DNA of 62,657 nucleotides, filler included, from Nemertoderma westbladi (Eukaryota; Animalia; Xenacoelomorpha), in assembly GCA_032718475.1 (NCBI GenBank). It is 3 parts of 3 records of this genome, joined end to end, with 100 filler letters (N's around TTAATTAATTAA, not from the genome) between each part and the next. Parts side by side here need not be neighbours in the genome. Positions count along the whole stretch, not along the records: positions 1 to 28,284 come from JAUCBJ010006776.1; 2 more parts are not named here. One strand, given 5' to 3'. The notes below the pieces were generated by a model. It saw nothing but the letters and a program-made list of their open reading frames with translations, had not been told where the DNA came from and did no database searches. Shown here piece after piece: positions 10,751-21,442 of the stretch (position 1 is the stretch's first letter; every line of letters starts with the position of its first letter). Position numbers and translations under genes: made by a program.

Positions 10751-12355
10751 AATTCCCTGCATAGACCACTATGAGCACGACTGAGTTTGATATTTTTTAA
10801 TTAGTTTGTTGATTATTAATTAGTTTATTACTTTTTTTCGCTTTAACACTATTAGGTCCTATTTTTACTACGTAATGCACCCAATGTCGGGGTTCATTTT
10901 AGACATTTTTAGTTTTATTCATATGTTGGCTGAAAAAATTATGAAATTATTGAAAATTGTATGTATGCCTCTTTAATATGGCAAGGTCGTAATTTTGTAA
11001 CTTTGAAGCGAACCCAAACAGATAGCGGATGTGTGTGATTTTTCGTCAATTTAAATGTTCTGTATATACTTTTATAGGAAAATTGAAATATTTTCGATGG
11101 TATTGGTTTTCCAGGAGGCTGATCAACACACAACTTGATAAAAATATTTATGGTAGTGCAACCAGCGGGGCCAGTCTCGTGGGACGAAAATGACAAGTAA
11201 CGCAAAATTTCAAACTGCCAAAGGTGGAAATTGGTTGGATAATTTTGAAGCAATGCGGGTTTTTGAGGGCACTGATCACGATAGAACTTTTTACAGACCT
11301 TTTATGGTCGTGTAACTATCAAATTTATTATCATTTTTTGCTACTTGTATTATTCATGCTACATTGGTTTGGTACATATTTGAAATTACATATAAGAAAT
11401 TATATTTTTGAGTGTCACATCTGTGTTCAGCATCCCAAAATAAGGTCAGGATAGAATCAGGTTGATTTGGTGAATATTTTTGATCATCAAATTTTCACTA
11501 GTTGTTTTTTCTCAAATGTTTGCTATACCGCAATTTTGTTTATTTAGAGGGGACAACATTTTTTTGTAAATATCAACACGAAAAATTTTGGGGATGGTTG
11601 TTAGAATGGGAGCACATCACGAAAACCAACTTAGCTATTTAATTGCCTTTGCGTTGTGGATATCCAAGATACAGATGAATTAGGCTTACTGATAAATTTC
11701 TAAAGTGACTTCCGGGTCCAGATAACAGTGTTGCAATCGTAAAAATATGATATTTAAATATAGTATGTTTGTTGATATTTTTTTTGTTAGTTGTTCTGCT
11801 TTAACGCTGTTGTACTGTACATACGCTGTCATACGCTGTTATACTATTGTACATGTACGCTGTAAATAAAATCTCGAAGTAATGGTGGTTATTTCTATTA
11901 ATCTGTATGCGGGGTGAGAGCAGGATGAGGGTATGGGGGGGGGGGGGGGGGGGGTTTGTTATTGACACTATTATTCTGTAGGCCGGCAGTACTTTTAAGA
12001 TAAATATATACGAGGACACTAGGGGTGGGAGATTCTTCATTCCACGGTTTAACCCTGTCGGAATATACCCTAGATCCGATTAATTATAAACTTAATAGTT
12101 ACTTATTAACGGGTATTGTAAACTTACTAAGTACTTATTGAGCTAAATTTAAACTTTAAACATACTTAATAAGTACCTAATTAACTTGTAAACACACTTT
12201 TAAGCACACAGTACATTAATTATGACAACCATACTAAGCACCTTCTAAGTCGTCCGAATATCTTGGCAAGTTCTTTCCAAGTACTTGTTAAGAAGTTTTT
12301 ATGTACAGTAGACTTTAAAAGCACTACTTATTAAATCTATTAAATAACCTAACCT

Positions 12356-12870
12356 ATTACTTCCATAGTTACTGCTATTGTAATTATTGTACTCTTCAAA
12401 TCCTGATGCTGCTTTACTCAATATTAAAATAATTTAGAGTTCTCGAATATTTATTACGTAACTAGAGAGCCGCTTAACTACATAGTTTTGTTGACAAGCC
12501 GGCACAGCATTCTTAAAAATGCAGCTGCAATGCAGCATGCCGATCCTAGTAGTAACTACATAAACCAATATTGGATATTGAGTTCCGTTTTGGAGTTCGC
12601 TGCGCAGACACTAAATTTGCCATAATTTGAGTGCGTGCATGGATTTTGCTCAAATTAAGTGCAAACAATTTCTACATCGATGTTCTTTCTACACATTTAA
12701 TAATATTTAAGAAATTCCACCAAAAATATTTTATTTTACTTTTTTCGCCGGGAAAAAAGTGAAATCAATGCAATCCTATAGGTTACTTTTTTTCCATAGT
12801 GAAAAAGTGCAACTTTTTCTCCCGATTTTGGGGTAAATTTGAGCGAGAAAGTAACAATTTAAGAATAAAA
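12356..12870. repeat. Remainder of tandem repeat copy 2
   Basis: Colinear with ~3490-3930. Confidence 0.8.
12485..12552 (+). mobile_element. 68-bp 5'-truncated RTE-like LINE (family A) 3' end
   Basis: Matches 46241-46307. Perfect 10-bp TSD TAACTACATA (12475-12484 and 12553-12562). The empty site is visible in copy 1 near 3612. Confidence 0.92.
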
Positions 12871-12916
12871 AATATATTCTGGCTCGGGATGGAAGGAGGA
12901 GGAGTGAAACTATCTC

Positions 12917-14229
12917 TGTTTCAAGTTCTATGCAATCTGATTACTACTATATACTACTACAGTAGGTCGAGCGAGCTCGGAACAAAATAACTCAGTCTGC
13001 AGGTGCCTGGAGAGGTTTGATTTCCAGATTCCAGATGGTATCTGTAAAAGCTTTTGCGGAATTAGCCGGTTATTTTCCCCGTAAAGTACTCTGTAGTTGG
13101 TTTAACAGGCATAAAAGGCCGTATCCTTACTGTACTGATGTTTTAAGGGACATAAAAGCTATTTCTTCTGCACGTGTACTTTAGCGGACATAATTAGCAA
13201 TTCTATGACGCAATGCGCTGGATCCTCTTGAAACAGTGTAGCTACCATGACGACGGCTAACAGCTGATGCTGTACACGTGGAGCTTTTTCTTTGTTCTCT
13301 GTTCCTTCTTTGTTCGGTCGACCAATCAGAGCGTTTTTTGCCTCTGTGTTGGAGATTGTATATAGAAACTCGTGGAGTTGAGTCAGTATGTGATTTTGTC
13401 TACAGCCTAGAACACCGGCTTTGGAACCTCCGTGTTTCAGTCTTTAGCCCAACATTAGTAGGCTTAATTATAGAACGTATATCTGTTATCAAACTAATCA
13501 TAACTTACTTAACTAATCATACCAAACCAAATCGATCATATCAATTTATACCTTAACACTTGTACTGCTATTTACTGTCGGTTATTCATTATATCTGTTG
13601 ATGGAATATTATTATATTGGAGAATATCAATCAATAATCAGACACCCCAATCTTCTTGATATACTGAAGGTTAGAGAGACCGGTTACATATAATGATTGC
13701 GACTTACATTAAAGTGGTTTGAAGTGAATCTAATGCTATTTCATAGGCACTACATGTATTGTCTGTTGTTCTCTTTATATGTGACTAAAATTAGTGAAGG
13801 TCGGCAGATCAGTGTGCAGCATTGTGCAGTATTGTGTATGATTGTGACTGATAACAAAGCATCTCCTAAAGAATGCGCCATATACGTGAATCTATAGCCA
13901 TCCCGTTGTGTCTAGTTTAAGTCATAACTCTGTTTACATATTTAGAGCGCCACGTCCTAAATGAACTGTTAATATTTCCCGAAAGTGAATAATATTTGTC
14001 AGAGATTATATATTACGATCAGTCGAATAATACAGTAGGCCTACACCGCAATACGGTTAGGCTTCCGAATCCAGTCTCCCGGGTATATCCAGCGGGTGAA
14101 TGATCGCGCATAGACTGGCTTCGGCTAATGTAGTGTATCAAATACTTGTCATAGGCTAAAGACGATCTATTATCTAAAAGACATCCCAATTTGGCAGGTT
14201 AAACTGCTAAAGGTCTGAAAGCGCGAACA
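12917..14229 (+). repeat. Putative 5' LTR of BEL/Pao element (~1.3 kb)
   Basis: TGTT...AACA termini. The 3' end is fixed by homology to 1-130, and internal CCAAT and TATA motifs are present. The left boundary is inferred only from TGTT. Confidence 0.6.
13322..13366 (+). promoter_or_regulatory. Putative LTR core promoter (CCAAT box + TATA-like box)
   Basis: CCAATCAGA at 13322 and TATATAGA at 13359, inside the predicted LTR. Confidence 0.45.
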
Positions 14230-14508
14230 ATAACAGATATAGCTTCTGTATTGCAGTAGGCAATAACGCTGAAGTACCGGACAACCGGTACCTAGTAGGC
14301 CTGACTACCTAACCACCCGGACCGGTACCTACAGCAGTACAGGTACAGCAGTATTATTCGATTTGATAATTATATACCGGTAGGCCTTAATATTGAATCA
14401 GGGAGGGCCCGCCCTGGTTTTTTATTGAGATTTTACTTATTTCTGTCAGTTTTATTTATTTGTAGGCCAATATTGAGCAGAAGGCGTGTAAGCCTGCTCA
14501 GATTGTAC

Positions 14509-15090
14509 AGATAATTTGTAGGCTGGACTGTTGTCTGACTGTTGTTAAGTCTGAAGGGACTGTAGTGTGTGTAGAGTGTATGTCCGATAAATTACTAGTT
14601 AGGAAAGTAGGGGCTTCCAGTGCTGTGAGGTGAACCCCCTCGAAAGAATAAGTCGTACTACTCGGTTAGAACGCATACTAACTAACCATTTCGGAGTCTG
14701 CATATACTGTAGTTTGTTTAGGCTTGATAGTAGTCTGCCAGCGTTTGGTCTGTATTTTGTTTGTGTAGTTTGTACGGGTAGCGTAATATTTCTTATTTAG
14801 ATAATTTGTAGGCTGGATTGTTGTCTGGCTGTTGTTAGGTCTGAAGAGATTTCGGTGTGTGTAGAGTGTATGTCCGATAAAGTGCCAGTTGGGAACGTAG
14901 GGGCTTCCAGAGCTGTGAGGTAAACCCCCTCGAAAGAATAAGTCGTCCTACTCGGTTAGAACGCATACTAACTAACCATTTCGGAGTCTGCATATACCGT
15001 AGTTTGTTTAGGCTTGATAGTAGTCTGTCAGTATTTGGTCTGCATTTTGTTTGAGTAGTCTGTACGCGTAGCGTAATATTTATTATTCAG
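14509..15090 (+). repeat. Two-copy ~290-bp tandem duplication in the BEL leader
   Basis: AGATAATTTGTAGGCTGGA...GCGTAATATTT occurs at 14509 and 14799. Confidence 0.9.
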
Positions 15091-16420
15091 AGTTTATGCG
15101 ATTATTCGCAACATTCATATCCCCAAGTTAATTCCTACAGTAATTGTGCTTGTTATATATACCGTTATAGTTAAATTAACCCCGGTACTACATCAGGGCT
15201 GCTTGGCGTAGGTAAAGACTGGTGATTTTGTGCCCCGGTCACTCCAGCAGATACCGTGGTTCTTTTAGCTGTTCAAGTATTTTTAACTACTGATTATTTG
15301 TTGTATAAGTACTTGTACCTAATTTAGGGTTTAGTGTACAGTGCTTTCCGAAGGTGATTAGTGTGTAGGCAGTATATTTGTGTTGTAAAGTGGTTAATAG
15401 GCACGTTGGTTCTGGTAGACCGCGGTAATTAACTTCTAGGTAGGAACACTCCGTGATACATAACGTAGTACTTATAGCGATACGGCTATAAGTCGTCAGA
15501 CGGTGGTATTTTTCCTATCTGGACAACGCAATATATTTACTACTACTTATTATTTTCAAATACCGTAGTACCCTGTCCATTGTAATAACCAGATAATCTA
15601 ACCCTTTGTTAGGCTGGTTTGTAGACTTCTTGTAAAATTACCCTAAAAATTCGTACTTGTAAATTTTTGTGTTTATTTAGAGATTGTAATCTCACCCAGA
15701 ATTGTATGTAATTTGTAGTATTAAGTAACTTAGGTAAATTAGAATTATTTGTTTTAGTGTCCAACAAGTAGCACTCCACTGAGAGCGCACAGCTTCTGTG
15801 AAGTGACTTCCCCCCAGAAATAATAACATTTATTTCAAATATTGACAAAAACCCATTTTAACGGGTATATATATTATAAATCAACTCAAACGATTTATAA
15901 ATAGTAGGCCTGCCATACAACAATTAGGTCTAAATATCAGTTGGACTACTGCTTAAATAACGGTAATCAAGTAAAGCAAAGTAACCAAGTAACCCCTAAA
16001 ATTTCAGAAATTCAATTATTCTAAAAATAATTGATATACCGGTATTTACAATAGGCTTATTATATTTATTTCTATAAATTTAGGCTGAAATTATACTGGT
16101 ATTCTGTAATTAATTCTAGTCCATAATTATACTTATATATACTATAAGTGTAAGCTGTATACCGGTATTCACGATAGGCCTATTATATATTTATATATAT
16201 TTGTGCTGGAATTACATACCGGTATTCTGTGACAAATCTAGTCTGTAATAATACTTATATATATACTATAAGTATACCGGTATTCTAATATATTATATAT
16301 ATATCACGCTACACTGAGTAGCAGTATCGGTAATTAATTACTAGGCTAACAGTTGATACTGAATTACTAGACTTGCTTTAACTGTAATATAGCAGTAGGC
16401 ATTCAACTTTACAAACAAAC

Positions 16421-18382
16421 ATGTCTGACACAAAGCAAAACCTGTCAGACAGTCTCCTAGATACAACCATCTGTGACCCAGACAGGAGTGTGGAACGTGA
16501 GAGACTGAAGTTCAACTCACCTCCTACTGTAAGAAAGATTATTCCCCCAGTAGTAATATCAGAACCTAGGCTGGTCCAACACCGTAGGTCTGTCATAGGC
16601 ACTAGAGCTCAGGTCAAGCGGGACCAAGAAGCAGCGGAACAGCAACCACCCGCGAGCCAAGAACTTATTTCTCAGTGGCCCGACAGCTCCAGTAGTGCGG
16701 AGACTGTAGAGCTGACACCCGAGCACGGAGCAAAGATGACAGATGCGGTTTATTCGGATCCCCTTCTCATCCTTCCTGCAGCCGTACTCACTAGGGTATT
16801 GATTGCGGTGGAGGAACACCAGATTGATTGGGCGAGAAGTAAGCGGTCGACTAAAGATAGTTATGCGGGATACACAAGGGAAGAACTGAAGTCTATTGTC
16901 GAGTCGCAATGGAACTTCCCCGGACCCGGACTACCTTTCGACTTATCAGAAGCTGCCTGGGAAGACATACACAGGATGGGAGTAATAAAAGAAACCATCG
17001 ATCCAGCTGTGTGGAAGAGGTCAGCAGCAGGATACGTACAGGGATTCTTCAGCTCTATGGAGCGATTAAAAGAACAACTGTTTCAACAACCCCAAGGACC
17101 TCAAGAGCAGGGACAGCTGCTTTATCAAGTTAGAGAAAGAATTCTACGAATCAGGCTAATCTTATCGGCCTTTGAGGAGGCTTCTAAAAGAAGACAAGAC
17201 ACGTCGTTGCAAGTTGCCGTAAAGACTTGGTTTCAACGGGTGAGTCTCCAGGTTCAAGGAACGGCTCAGTGGAAAGCTCAGCTGGATGAGCGCTCAACCC
17301 ATGGAGAATCAACAGACGCTGCTTTTTCCCAAGTGGAAAGTGAAGCGACAGCAGAGAAACCGCATAAGAGGGATGCCATTGACATCTATCTGTCAGACTA
17401 TCAACGCTTTTTAGGTGATGAAGAGTTGAGGAGAAGGCTAGATGGACTTAGCCCTAATAGTGAAGGAACCAAGCTTGTGTTGGACGCAATCGATGTGGAT
17501 ATGAGAGCTGCGAACCAAGCTAAATTTGATGAACAACTCTGCATCGCTAGAGTCCAAGAAGAACAAGTAAAGAAAAAACGTATAGAAGACAGAAAGACAG
17601 CGGCAGTGGCAGCAGCAGTGGCAGCGGCAGAAGCGGAAAGAAAAGCAGCAGCAGCAGTGGCAGCGGCAGAAGCGGAAAGAAAAGCGGCAGTGGCAGCGGC
17701 CGAAGCGGAAAGAAAAGCGGCAGCGGCAGTGGCAGAGGCCGAAGCGGAAAGAAAGGCGGCAGTGGCAGCAGCAGAGGCAGTGGCAGAAGCAGAAAGGAGA
17801 GCATCTGAAGAAACCACCCAACTGGAATTGGAAAACATTCAAGAGAATCGAGACTGCATAAATAAACAATTAACAGCTAGTCAAATGCAGATGATGAGGC
17901 GATCTACTCCCAAGAGGCAGGGATATACATCATCCGAGGAAGGCGATACCACCGATCCTGAAGGCGGAGGTAATAGATCTCGTCTAAGCAGACGTAGAAG
18001 AATATCCCACCATCAGAAATTGCCGGATTTGCCACCAGCTGTTAGAAGGCAACTAACTAACACAAACTTAGGTAGTACAGAACCCACAGACCAAATAATT
18101 AAAATAGAAAGACTCCCTACTATAGTAGATGAGCCTGAAATAATTAGGCCTGTTCTCGAAGCCACCCCTTCGGTGATAGAGACACCTGTACTCCCTGAAC
18201 CTACCTCTAAATTCCCTCTGCACAGCACTAAGCTACCTGTGCCCCACAGAACCACCCTTGAAAATATTCATGTCCTGGACTCCGAGCGAAATATTAATGA
18301 TTTGTCGCCCGTTGTCCCTCGTCCGCCCGCTACAACGTTGGCGCCTCCCGCTTCGGCGGTCGAGTGGGTAGATGAGGGATGA
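16421..18382 (+). CDS. BEL polyprotein segment 1: long N-terminal Gag extension with Ala-rich coiled-coil repeats
   Basis: 653-aa ORF in the same frame as the next two segments. (AAAEAERKAA)-type repeats at ~17595-17800. Ends in TGA-CGG. Confidence 0.75.
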   Translation: MSDTKQNLSDSLLDTTICDPDRSVERERLKFNSPPTVRKIIPPVVISEPRLVQHRRSVIGTRAQVKRDQEAAEQQPPASQELISQWPDSSSSAETVELTPEHGAKMTDAVYSDPLLILPAAVLTRVLIAVEEHQIDWARSKRSTKDSYAGYTREELKSIVESQWNFPGPGLPFDLSEAAWEDIHRMGVIKETIDPAVWKRSAAGYVQGFFSSMERLKEQLFQQPQGPQEQGQLLYQVRERILRIRLILSAFEEASKRRQDTSLQVAVKTWFQRVSLQVQGTAQWKAQLDERSTHGESTDAAFSQVESEATAEKPHKRDAIDIYLSDYQRFLGDEELRRRLDGLSPNSEGTKLVLDAIDVDMRAANQAKFDEQLCIARVQEEQVKKKRIEDRKTAAVAAAVAAAEAERKAAAAVAAAEAERKAAVAAAEAERKAAAAVAEAEAERKAAVAAAEAVAEAERRASEETTQLELENIQENRDCINKQLTASQMQMMRRSTPKRQGYTSSEEGDTTDPEGGGNRSRLSRRRRISHHQKLPDLPPAVRRQLTNTNLGSTEPTDQIIKIERLPTIVDEPEIIRPVLEATPSVIETPVLPEPTSKFPLHSTKLPVPHRTTLENIHVLDSERNINDLSPVVPRPPATTLAPPASAVEWVDEG

Positions 18383-18388
18383 CGGGAG

Positions 18389-21300
18389 ATGGGTCTCCTG
18401 CTCAGACAGCTGATGGAACAACATTCTCGCTCCTCTCAGCAGGCCCAGGAGATGGAGGGAACTGTGCACCAGTTAAAGGGAACAATTAGAGAGAGTAGGT
18501 TAGAGTTGCAAGAAGTGCAGCAAAGTATCGCGTTAGAACGCGATAAATTAGTAAATACACAAAAGGGTATACTACCAACCCCGGTAACAATGTGTCAACC
18601 TGTTAGGTCTGAAGTATTTCATGCGCAAGGTGTGGAGCCTACACGCATCTATACTGCTAGCGAAGTAGAAACTCCCATAGTAAACCCTATTAAGGGTAAT
18701 TATAAACCTGTTGACAATGATATCCCATATAGACTTGATAATAATTCGAGCAATTTATATACCGATAACTCGATATTAAATAACACGATGGCCCAAGAAA
18801 GTTTTACGCGTCAAATGGCTAGAACCGAAGCCCGTCAAGCGGTAAAGGTGGGAGAGATCGTCAAGTTCAATGGAGATGAGATGAAATGGTTACCTTTTAT
18901 TGAATATTACAAAGATAACATACAGAACTCTGTGCTATCAAATGGAGAGAAACTTAGATTCCTCATCGAGTGCTTGGAAGGATCTCCCAAGTTAATGGCG
19001 TTAAAGTTTATTGGACATCCCGATGGATTAAGACAAGTTTGGGATACCCTAAACATCAGGTATGGTAATAGGAATAACATAGCTAGGTATTTGTATGCAA
19101 AATTGGTAGCGCCCCGAAAATTCATTAGCAGCGGGATTATAGAGTTTTCCGATGAGATTCAGGAGATCTGTAGACAATTAGATTGGCTAGGTAAGTCTCA
19201 TGAATATCAGAGTTCTATGGTTATTGGAGCCGTGGCTTCTACTTTACCGAAGGGTGGAGTAGGTACACGCTGGGATAGGAAAGTGTTATATATGATGGAA
19301 CAACAACGACGAGACCCTACCATGGCTGATCTCATGTCATTCTTAGATGGAGAAGTGAAATTACAGCTCCTAAAACAGTCCAGAGAGAAGACACCGGAAA
19401 ACAAGGTAAGTGAGAAGCCCGTTTCTAGGAGAAAGGTAACACCAGTGTGTTATACAGACGACGGCGAAAGCCAGACTTCTCAAGGAGAGGATAGCGGGAA
19501 AGACACTGAAAGATCTTATTATGTCAATAAAACGCCTAAAGAACAGGCAAGTAAATTCAAGTCTCGAACCAATGACAGGAGAGAACAGGTAAGAAAAACT
19601 CCTCCTACGTCTCCCAAGAGAATTCAGGTGAGAAAGCCCGAAGAAAGAACGAGTGTGCACAATGTTATTCAAAATAAGGTAAGTAACATCAAACCGAAAT
19701 GTGCGCTATGTGACGGGACCCACCGTTTGAATATGTGTGATGAATTCCTGAAGAAATCATTAACGGAGAGACGGGAAGTCATGTGGGATAAGCGGTTGTG
19801 TTATAATTGCCTCAGACAAGGACACCAACGGCGAACCTGTTACTCCGACACAAGGTGTGCAAAGTGCGGTGCGAAACATCATATCTTGTTGCACACTGAA
19901 TTTGAGCGAAACAGCCAGAGTCAGGTAAGTGATTCCGAACTACATGTCCAATTCAGTGATGTGAACGACACTGACCAAAGTTCTGAGATGGAAGGATTCT
20001 ATACAGATGAATTCTCCGACGAAGATGAATCCTGTTACATGATAAATACCGCAGTGTATCGAGCACTTACGTATGAAAAAGACACAGACAGCGACCTCAC
20101 CCTAACTACTTCTGATCGACAACCATCTTGGAAAGCGCCACCTTCCAATGTAGGAATCCGAGAATTTCCTGTAGTACAGTTAAGGGTCCACGGACCTAAA
20201 AGGAGTTATGTAGTGAACGCCCTCCTTGACTCCGGTAGTACAGGAACATTCATCGACAAAGAACTAGATGAAGACATCTTTTCTGGACAACCCAAGTTCC
20301 GAACTAAGCTAAACATGTCAGCAATTATGCAGGTTTGGAAATCTACAGTAATAGCGGATTATTATGTAGGTGCGTTGTCCACCCCCCAGGATGAACTAGG
20401 AGAACATAGTATAAGGTCAGTAAAAATGGTGGCGATAAAGAACTTCGCTACCACCCAAGTGGAACCTTATAATTGGGATGAGGACGATTTCACCCAGCAG
20501 CTTGAAATACCTAGATTCAACACCGATTACCCTGGAGTGCAAATACTCATCGGTCAAAACGCGCATGAAGCGCTCGAGACATTGGAGAAACGGCCTGCTC
20601 AACCGCAACCACTACAAGCTTATGCGGGAAGAACTAGAGTGGGTTGGTACTTTACGGGCCCTTCCCGTAGAACTCTCATGGAAAGATTACCGAAAGACCA
20701 GGTATATCAAGTAAGAGAATGGGAAGTCGAGGGCAGTGAGTTAGACGATCCAACTGAGGGAACACCATACTCCTCAGATAATGACGATGTCCACCAACTT
20801 TTCGACGAGGAGAATACCATTGATCTCCTTAAGGAAAACGAGACTTGGCAAAACCAAGTGAACTTATGTCAGCTCCTTCTTCCATCAGAACGAGACGACT
20901 ATAATGACGAGCTTAATGACGTCATTGAACGTTATAATGCCAAGACTCAGGATGAACACGCCGTACGATTCTTTACCCAAGAGGCTGTAGAGCCCAATTC
21001 CTACGATAAGGCCCTATCGGTAGAGGAAGAAAGAGCCAAGCAGATCCAAGAGACAACTACACGTTTTCTTAAAGATCAAGGTAGATATGAGATCGGTCTA
21101 CCTTTCCGAAAGCGAGAACCAAAGTTCATAAACAACAAACCCTTGGCGGAGAAAAGAATTGCTCAACTACATCGACGCCTTATGGCAAATTCTTCAGCTA
21201 AAGAAATGTATCAAACGCAGTTGAAGAAGTTTATTAGCAAGGGATATGCGGAGCGAGTACCGGAAGAAACACCTATAACTGAGAGAACGTATTATTTAAC

Positions 21301-21442
21301 TCACCATTACATTCCCAAACCCGGTAAACCCCATGAGGTACGAGTGGTGTTTGACGGCTCCGCCCTCTATATGGGCCAATCCCTTAATTCCGAATTGTTA
21401 CCCGGACCCAACTTACTCCAATCCTTGTTGGGAATACTCTGA
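18389..21442 (+). CDS. BEL polyprotein segment 2: Gag core, three Cys/His knuckles, aspartic protease, start of RT
   Basis: KFNGDEMKWLPF..EKLRFL (DUF1759-like), CALC..H..C, CYNC..GH..C, CAKC..HHILLH, ALLDSGS, VRVVFDGSA and LNSELLPGPNL. Confidence 0.92.
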   Translation: MGLLLRQLMEQHSRSSQQAQEMEGTVHQLKGTIRESRLELQEVQQSIALERDKLVNTQKGILPTPVTMCQPVRSEVFHAQGVEPTRIYTASEVETPIVNPIKGNYKPVDNDIPYRLDNNSSNLYTDNSILNNTMAQESFTRQMARTEARQAVKVGEIVKFNGDEMKWLPFIEYYKDNIQNSVLSNGEKLRFLIECLEGSPKLMALKFIGHPDGLRQVWDTLNIRYGNRNNIARYLYAKLVAPRKFISSGIIEFSDEIQEICRQLDWLGKSHEYQSSMVIGAVASTLPKGGVGTRWDRKVLYMMEQQRRDPTMADLMSFLDGEVKLQLLKQSREKTPENKVSEKPVSRRKVTPVCYTDDGESQTSQGEDSGKDTERSYYVNKTPKEQASKFKSRTNDRREQVRKTPPTSPKRIQVRKPEERTSVHNVIQNKVSNIKPKCALCDGTHRLNMCDEFLKKSLTERREVMWDKRLCYNCLRQGHQRRTCYSDTRCAKCGAKHHILLHTEFERNSQSQVSDSELHVQFSDVNDTDQSSEMEGFYTDEFSDEDESCYMINTAVYRALTYEKDTDSDLTLTTSDRQPSWKAPPSNVGIREFPVVQLRVHGPKRSYVVNALLDSGSTGTFIDKELDEDIFSGQPKFRTKLNMSAIMQVWKSTVIADYYVGALSTPQDELGEHSIRSVKMVAIKNFATTQVEPYNWDEDDFTQQLEIPRFNTDYPGVQILIGQNAHEALETLEKRPAQPQPLQAYAGRTRVGWYFTGPSRRTLMERLPKDQVYQVREWEVEGSELDDPTEGTPYSSDNDDVHQLFDEENTIDLLKENETWQNQVNLCQLLLPSERDDYNDELNDVIERYNAKTQDEHAVRFFTQEAVEPNSYDKALSVEEERAKQIQETTTRFLKDQGRYEIGLPFRKREPKFINNKPLAEKRIAQLHRRLMANSSAKEMYQTQLKKFISKGYAERVPEETPITERTYYLTHHYIPKPGKPHEVRVVFDGSALYMGQSLNSELLPGPNLLQSLLGIL

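Larger units (their letters stand above)
4186..12355 (+). mobile_element. Decayed EnSpm/CACTA (CMC)-type DNA transposon
   Basis: The left end CCCAGGTCAGG..TTATTTAAAAGACTTAAAAAGT is imperfectly inverted at the right end (reverse complement AGGTTAGGTTATTTAATAGATTTAATAAGT). It splits the tandem repeat copy and contains transposase remnants. Confidence 0.6.

Noticed and set aside
10843-11732. Possible additional MITE inside the EnSpm-like element (TTAACACTATTA ... TAACAGTGTTG)
   Set aside because: The inverted match is weak and the right-hand TTAA is missing.
1-14229. 1-130 and 14101-14229 as the two LTRs of one element enclosing the region between
   Set aside because: About 12% divergent with no gag/pol between them; the coding region lies downstream of the second.
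17401-17869. Antisense ORFs rich in Ala, Cys or Leu/Pro
   Set aside because: Shadows of the GCA/GCG-rich repeat in BEL segment 1.
18380-21442. Variant genetic code or selenocysteine reading of TGA
   Set aside because: Trp is encoded by TGG throughout these ORFs, there are only two in-frame TGAs in ~2700 codons, and no SECIS was recognised.
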